From the NCBI GenBank assembly GCA_046536675.1, contig JAWDMK010000002.1, forward strand, positions 1 through 58,292: 58,292 nucleotides of DNA. Direction: 5' to 3'. Source of the stretch: Candidatus Micrarchaeota archaeon. GTDB lineage: Archaea > Micrarchaeota > Micrarchaeia > Micrarchaeales > CABMGC01. Shown here one piece after another: positions 53,611 through 58,292 of this stretch (position 1 is its first letter; the number at the start of each line of letters is the position of its first letter). The translations under genes were made by a program, and so were the position numbers. The notes beneath the pieces are model-generated. The model ran no database searches, had not been told where the DNA came from, and worked only from the letters and a program-made list of their open reading frames with translations.

Positions 53611-54564
53611 GTGGTTTTTATGGAAAAGAAAGATTTGCTAAGGGAAAGTGTAAAGGATATTAGACTTAAAAAAGATATGAAAGTTAAGGAGCTTGTAGAT
53701 AGTATGGATCATATAGGAGGCTTCTCCGCACAGCATATGGTAAATGGTATAAGAATACTAAAAGATATGATAAATGACAAAGATTCGTTTAACTTCCTTT
53801 CGTTTCCTGCAGATATAATTGCTACTGGTTTAAGGGGCATGATCGCTGATGCGGTTAAGTATTTTGACGCTATAGTTACTACCGGCGGTACTCTTGACCA
53901 CGACCTTGCAAAGGCTTATGGCGGTAAATATAGCCTAGGCAGCTTTGATGTAGATGATGCCTGGCTTCACAAGCTAAATATATACAGGCTTGGAAATATA
54001 TTCATAGAAAGAGACCAGTATGGGCTTGCTGTCGAGAACTACTTTACAGAGATAATGAATGATATCTACAATTCAAAGGATTATAAGGAAGAATATAGTG
54101 CTAGCGAGCTTATCTATGAATTTGGCAAGAGGATAAAGGATGAGCACTCCATAATAAGGCAGGCATATCTCAATAATGTCAAGATTTATTGCCCTGGTAT
54201 ATTGGATGGCGCATTTGGTACACAGCTAACACTCTTTGCTCAGGACCACAAGTTTAAGCTTAACCTAATAAAAGACGAGCTTGAGCTAAGTAATATATCA
54301 TTTGACAATAAGACAACAGGAGCGCTTATGATAGGCGGTGGCATAAGCAAACACCACGTAATATGGTGGAACCAATTTAAGGGCGGGCTTGATTATGCTG
54401 TTTATATAACAACAGCAACACAATATGATGGCAGTCTTTCTGGTGCAAGGCTCACAGAAGCAGTTTCTTGGGGCAAGGTGAAGGAAAGGGCAAAGTATGT
54501 AACCATAGATGGCGATGCAACAATAATACTGCCTATTATGTTCTCTTACCTTAACCTCTTTTAG
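53611..54564 (+). CDS. dys: deoxyhypusine synthase
   Basis: 317 aa. Motifs are typical of DHS: FLSFPADIIATGLRG...DAIVTTGGTLDHDL...GGGISKHH...AVSWGK. The ATG at 53620 is the more likely start. Confidence 0.85.
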   Translation: MVFMEKKDLLRESVKDIRLKKDMKVKELVDSMDHIGGFSAQHMVNGIRILKDMINDKDSFNFLSFPADIIATGLRGMIADAVKYFDAIVTTGGTLDHDLAKAYGGKYSLGSFDVDDAWLHKLNIYRLGNIFIERDQYGLAVENYFTEIMNDIYNSKDYKEEYSASELIYEFGKRIKDEHSIIRQAYLNNVKIYCPGILDGAFGTQLTLFAQDHKFKLNLIKDELELSNISFDNKTTGALMIGGGISKHHVIWWNQFKGGLDYAVYITTATQYDGSLSGARLTEAVSWGKVKERAKYVTIDGDATIILPIMFSYLNLF

Positions 54565-54654
54565 CCAAAGAACCTTAAAATTAGGTTTAATTTTTATTTT
54601 TATTCTTATATTTAAATAATTTGTTTGCTAAGAAGCATTTTATCTAGTGGTTAA

Positions 54655-56091
54655 GTGGATGAAAGGCCAAATATAATTTTTATAATTCTTGATACCCTCC
54701 GCGCAGATATGCTAAGTGCATATGGGGGCAGAGTTAGGCTAAGCAATATAGACAGGTGGGCAAGAGAAGGAGTATTTTATGAGCATGCTATTGCTCCTGG
54801 CACATATACAGTGCCAACCCATGTATCGCTCTTTCTAAACAAGAGAGTAAGAGATATAAAAACACTTACAAAAGATCCATTAAAGTATAGTGATGAAAAC
54901 ACAGACCCATTTCTAAAAAGATCAGTCTACATAAAGGAAAATGAGCTTACGCTTGCAAAACATCTTTCAATCCTAGGCTATAGCACCGCGCTCTTCTCAA
55001 ACAATCCGTTCCTCTCAAGAAGCACTGGGCTTGGTGCAGGCTTTGAGCATGTAGAAAACCTTTGGTTTAGAGATAAGATAGATAAAAATAGACCTTCTGT
55101 AAAATTTGCATTGAAAATAGTAGAAAATAAAAAGGCAAAAAGAGGATTTGTTGACCTTGCATATTTGATTTCGAAGCTTATTCCAAAAGAAAAAATTGAT
55201 GATATATATCTTAACCTAAGGGTAAAGCTTAACAAGCACTTTGCAAAGGAGTATGGTTTCTACGAACTTGACAAAGGAATAAGCAAGACAATAAAAAGTG
55301 TAGAAAGCTACAGCGAAAAAAGTGATAATAGACCAAAGTTCCTCTTTGTAAATCTCATGGAAGCGCATGAAGGCTATCCAACAAACCTTATAGTAAAGGA
55401 TTATGTGGAACAGGATAAGTGGCTTTACCTTAGCAATATAATAGACCACAGCGACGGTTCTATAGAAATCATAAAGAAGGCTTATGAAGCAAGAATAAAA
55501 TATATGGATTCGAAGCTGGGCAAACTTGTTGAGATGCTTAAAAAGAAAGGCTTGCTAGAGAATGCTGTTATTGTATTTGCAAGCGATCACGGGCAGGCAT
55601 TCATGGAACATGGAATCATGTACCATAATATGTTCCCATACGAAGAGGTTTCTAAGGTGCCACTTATAACACTTAGGTTTAAAAATGGAAAAATTTTAAG
55701 GTACAGGGAAAGAGTAGAAAATAGTGTAAGTCTTACGCAGCTACACAATTCGATACTTGAGATTGCATACGGCAAGTCAGACTTTATAAATGGCTCGTTA
55801 AGGCAAGACTCTTTTGTCTTTTCAGATCATGTTGGTATAACCGAAGTATGGGATAAATGCCTTCTAGAAAAACTAAAAAACAGGTCATCATATGCAAGTA
55901 TGATATATAAGACAAAGAGATACCATAATATACCTGCAACAGCAATATATTACAAAAATTATAAGCTTATACACTTCTTTGGAAATGGGCCAAAAGATAT
56001 ACTTTTCGACTTATCTGAAGGCGAAGAAAACAATATTATTGAGAAAGAGAGGGGGCTAGCACATATTATGCTAAGCAAGTCAAATGTATAA
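54655..56091 (+). CDS. alkaline-phosphatase-superfamily (sulfatase-like) hydrolase/transferase with Thr in the nucleophile position
   Basis: 478 aa. PNIIFIILDTLRAD is the metal site. YTVPTHVSLF stands where sulfatases have C/S-x-P-x-R. SDHGQAF lies downstream. Confidence 0.6.
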   Translation: MDERPNIIFIILDTLRADMLSAYGGRVRLSNIDRWAREGVFYEHAIAPGTYTVPTHVSLFLNKRVRDIKTLTKDPLKYSDENTDPFLKRSVYIKENELTLAKHLSILGYSTALFSNNPFLSRSTGLGAGFEHVENLWFRDKIDKNRPSVKFALKIVENKKAKRGFVDLAYLISKLIPKEKIDDIYLNLRVKLNKHFAKEYGFYELDKGISKTIKSVESYSEKSDNRPKFLFVNLMEAHEGYPTNLIVKDYVEQDKWLYLSNIIDHSDGSIEIIKKAYEARIKYMDSKLGKLVEMLKKKGLLENAVIVFASDHGQAFMEHGIMYHNMFPYEEVSKVPLITLRFKNGKILRYRERVENSVSLTQLHNSILEIAYGKSDFINGSLRQDSFVFSDHVGITEVWDKCLLEKLKNRSSYASMIYKTKRYHNIPATAIYYKNYKLIHFFGNGPKDILFDLSEGEENNIIEKERGLAHIMLSKSNV

Positions 56092-56092
56092 A

Positions 56093-56683
56093 TTAGATCT
56101 TTGAAGCCTTGAACAGGTCATATATTGTAACTATCCCAACAGCCTTATCTTTCCTCTTCACTATCGCAGCACCCCAGCTTTCAAGAACTGACTTTATCAT
56201 CCCTACTTTTGCATTCTCATCTATTTCAGGTAATGGCAACCCCATCACTTCCTTAACCTTTATGTTTGCTTTTGTGGGATTGCTAGCAAAACCGATAAGG
56301 TCCTTTTGGTAAACCGTACCTAGAACTTTCCCGTTTTCCATTACAGGTATTTGTGAATAATCATTCTCCTTCATTATCATTATTGCTTTTTTAATGCTAT
56401 CAGTTGGCTTAACAAAGATAAGCCGATCATGCATAAGGTCTTTAACCTCGACCTGATCAATTGTCTGTTCACCAGAACTAATTCTATTCAGTGCATTAAC
56501 TATACTATAAACCATTGAATAGCTAGGGTTAAGCTTTCTACACTCTTTCTCAAGCCGCGCTATTGTGCTTTGACTTACATTAGCTTCTTTTGCAAGCCTA
56601 GCCTGGCTTATGCCAAGCATCATCCTAACTGACCTTATCTTCGAAGAAATAGTATCAATATCATCTAAGCTAATAATTACCAT
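56093..56683 (-). CDS. XRE-type HTH plus CBS-pair transcriptional regulator
   Basis: 196 aa. VRMMLGISQARLAKEANVSQSTIARLEKE is the HTH_3 domain, followed by two CBS units. It is divergent from the SAM synthetase gene. Confidence 0.7.
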   Translation of the reverse strand: MVIISLDDIDTISSKIRSVRMMLGISQARLAKEANVSQSTIARLEKECRKLNPSYSMVYSIVNALNRISSGEQTIDQVEVKDLMHDRLIFVKPTDSIKKAIMIMKENDYSQIPVMENGKVLGTVYQKDLIGFASNPTKANIKVKEVMGLPLPEIDENAKVGMIKSVLESWGAAIVKRKDKAVGIVTIYDLFKASKI

Positions 56684-56710
56684 TAATAATAATTAGTAAA
56701 CTAATAATTA
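56671..56710. promoter_or_regulatory. three direct copies of TAATAATTA in the regulator/mat divergent promoter region
   Basis: Exact 9-mers lie at 56671-56679, 56687-56695 and 56702-56710, spaced 16 and 15 nt apart. A TTATAAATATTTTT TATA-like element follows, upstream of mat. Confidence 0.3.
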
Positions 56711-56739
56711 TAAATATTTTTGCTTATAATTTAGTTTTA

Positions 56740-57948
56740 GTGAATTCTATGAGGCAGATATCCGTTGAAGAGGTTAGTGGAGATACTATAGAAAACAAAG
56801 ACGTTGAATTTGTAGAAAGAAAGGGGATAGGACATCCAGACTCTCTTATTGATGGAATAGTAGATAGAGTAAGTGTTGAGCTCAGCAAGGAGTACATGAA
56901 AGAAGCGGGCATTATCCTTCACCATAACGTGGACAAAGGGCTTATAATAGGTGGCTCATCTAATGTAACCTTTGGGCATGGCGAGATAACAAAGAAGATA
57001 GAAGTAATTGTTACAGGAAGAGCAACTGAATATTTTAACGGTAAGAGGATAAATGTAAATGATATAGCGAAGGAGACTGCTGCAAAATACTTGAAGGAGC
57101 ATACACGATTCCTCGATGTGGAAAATGAAGTTGCAATAGACTCTAAGATTGTAAGAGGCAGCGTAGATTTGACAGGCTTGTTCATGCGTGGAAATGGCAT
57201 GCCACTTGCCAATGATACCTCTTTTGGCGTAGGATTCGCCCCATTCAGCGAAACCGAAAGGCTAGTATTAGAAACTGAAAAATACCTAAACAGTAAGGAT
57301 TACAAGCAGAAGATGCCAGCTGTTGGAGAAGACATAAAGGTGATGGGGCTCCGATATAAAAATAAGATCTCGCTAACAGTTGCGATTGCATTTATAGCTG
57401 AGAAGGTAAGCAACCTTGATGAATACTTGAAATATAAAGATGAAGTATCTAGAGATATTATTCAATTTGCGAAGAAGATAACCGATAAGGAGGTAAGTGT
57501 AAGAATAAACACGGGTGATTCACCAGAGAGGAAAGAAGTATATATAACAAAGTCTGGCCTAAGCTGTGAATCAGGTGATGATGGACAAGTTGGCAGAGGC
57601 AACAGGGTTAACGGACTTATAACGCCATTTAGGCACATGAGTCTTGAAGCCGCTGCAGGAAAGAACCCTGTAAACCATGTGGGCAAGATCTACAATATAA
57701 TGGCAACAGAGATTGCAAAAGATATTGTGAAGAACTATCCACAGGTAAGAGAATGCAATGTTGCAATACTTTCGGAGATAGGACGCCGCATAGATGAGCC
57801 ATCACACACAAGTATAAGTGTAATTGTTGAAAACAAATCCGAATTTGAGAACATAAAAAGCAAGGTGCATTATATTGCAGACTCATGGCTTGAGAGAATA
57901 GGTGAGGTAACATCTGATATTTCGCTTGGCAAGTATAGTGTATTCTAG
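56740..57948 (+). CDS. mat: archaeal-type S-adenosylmethionine synthetase (MAT, COG1812)
   Basis: VEFVERKGIGHPDSLIDGI, together with the overall length, is typical of archaeal MAT. The probable start is the ATG at 56749 (MRQISVEEV). Confidence 0.9.
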   Translation: MNSMRQISVEEVSGDTIENKDVEFVERKGIGHPDSLIDGIVDRVSVELSKEYMKEAGIILHHNVDKGLIIGGSSNVTFGHGEITKKIEVIVTGRATEYFNGKRINVNDIAKETAAKYLKEHTRFLDVENEVAIDSKIVRGSVDLTGLFMRGNGMPLANDTSFGVGFAPFSETERLVLETEKYLNSKDYKQKMPAVGEDIKVMGLRYKNKISLTVAIAFIAEKVSNLDEYLKYKDEVSRDIIQFAKKITDKEVSVRINTGDSPERKEVYITKSGLSCESGDDGQVGRGNRVNGLITPFRHMSLEAAAGKNPVNHVGKIYNIMATEIAKDIVKNYPQVRECNVAILSEIGRRIDEPSHTSISVIVENKSEFENIKSKVHYIADSWLERIGEVTSDISLGKYSVF

Positions 57949-57957
57949 TGACATCCT

Positions 57958-58004
57958 CCACACGACTAAAAGTCGTGGGCTTCCCCTGCAACGAAAGGTT
58001 GCAG
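57958..58004 (-). mobile_element. two perfect hairpins at the tnpB 3' end (candidate IS right-end / omega-RNA structures)
   Basis: CACGACT-AAA-AGTCGTG lies at 57961-57977 and CTGCAAC-GAAAG-GTTGCAG at 57986-58004. They straddle the tnpB stop (57966-57968) and begin 10 nt after the mat stop. Confidence 0.5.
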
Positions 58005-58292
58005 AGTATGTTCCTGGTTCATCGACGCAACTTGCGACGCTCTTTGCATCGTAGAGGCCACATCTCCCAAGGCGTTACTTCCCCCTTGTCCAGGGGTAGC
58101 TCTTTTGAGCATCTCCATTCGCTTCTTTATTACCAGCGCAGAATTTATATCTCTATCTATAGTTAGCCCGCAGACATTGCAGAGATACACACGTTCTGAC
58201 AAGCTTAATCTTTCATCGCCTGTCTTTACGTGCCCACATCTGCTGCATTCCTGCGTTGTATCTTTTGCATCTACCACAAACACCCTCAAACC
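57966..58292 (-). CDS. tnpB: IS200/IS605-family TnpB (OrfB) C-terminal part, truncated by the right window edge
   Basis: VFVVDAKDTTQECSRCGHV....CNVCGLTIDRDINSALVI is the TnpB RuvC-III/zinc-ribbon region. The frame stays open to position 58292. The tail ..GSNALGDVAST....QEHTLQPFVAGEAHDF resembles archaeal TnpB C-terminal ends. Confidence 0.75.
   Translation of the reverse strand, partial: GLRVFVVDAKDTTQECSRCGHVKTGDERLSLSERVYLCNVCGLTIDRDINSALVIKKRMEMLKRATPGQGGSNALGDVASTMQRASQVASMNQEHTLQPFVAGEAHDF

Overview
AT-rich, very gene-dense archaeal chromosomal segment. Archaeal hallmarks: TBP, Rpo4/RpoF, L21e, S6e, aIF2-gamma, Top6B, CDC48, archease, SecE, FtsZ, deoxyhypusine synthase, archaeal-type SAM synthetase, and a tRNA with a bulge-helix-type intron. 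Several convergent gene pairs abut or overlap at their stop codons. These housekeeping genes frame two large accessory cell-envelope loci. (1) 4.4-19.3 kb is a co-directional, tightly packed cluster. It encodes a small VirB2/TrbC-like membrane protein, a GT-C-like polytopic protein, six tandem paralogous polytopic membrane proteins with a shared R-x(4-5)-R-x-(I/V)-GG...P motif and a shared C-terminal tail, two paralogous proteins with a TM hairpin plus a soluble domain, and a VirB4/HerA-type P-loop ATPase. Small accessory proteins follow, including a start-less zinc-ribbon ORF directly after an in-frame TAG. No relaxase, coupling protein, integrase or NurA is visible. I read this as a Ced/T4SS-like translocation machine of undescribed architecture, and it is the best candidate for a novel system in the window. 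(2) 31.4-47.0 kb is a convergent type IV pilus locus. It has a FlaI/PilB-like ATPase and a split FlaJ/TadBC platform. Opposite these lies an operon of five class-III-signal-peptide prepilins, three of them giant (718-1124 aa) with Laminin_G_3 (LamG) lectin-like domains and one also with a beta-propeller. A DNA module of about 170 nt recurs in these genes. The operon is headed by a translationally coupled CBS x4 / HPF-like fusion gene. Other notable items: three tandem RCK/TrkA-N genes with non-canonical pore sequences, an orphan proteasome-beta-like Ntn hydrolase, an archaeosortase-family protein, a Nudix-UDG fusion, an HTH-CBS regulator divergent from SAM synthetase, three tRNAs, and a truncated IS200/IS605-type tnpB at the right edge. 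All functional calls rest on motif and architecture recognition by eye. No database search was run.
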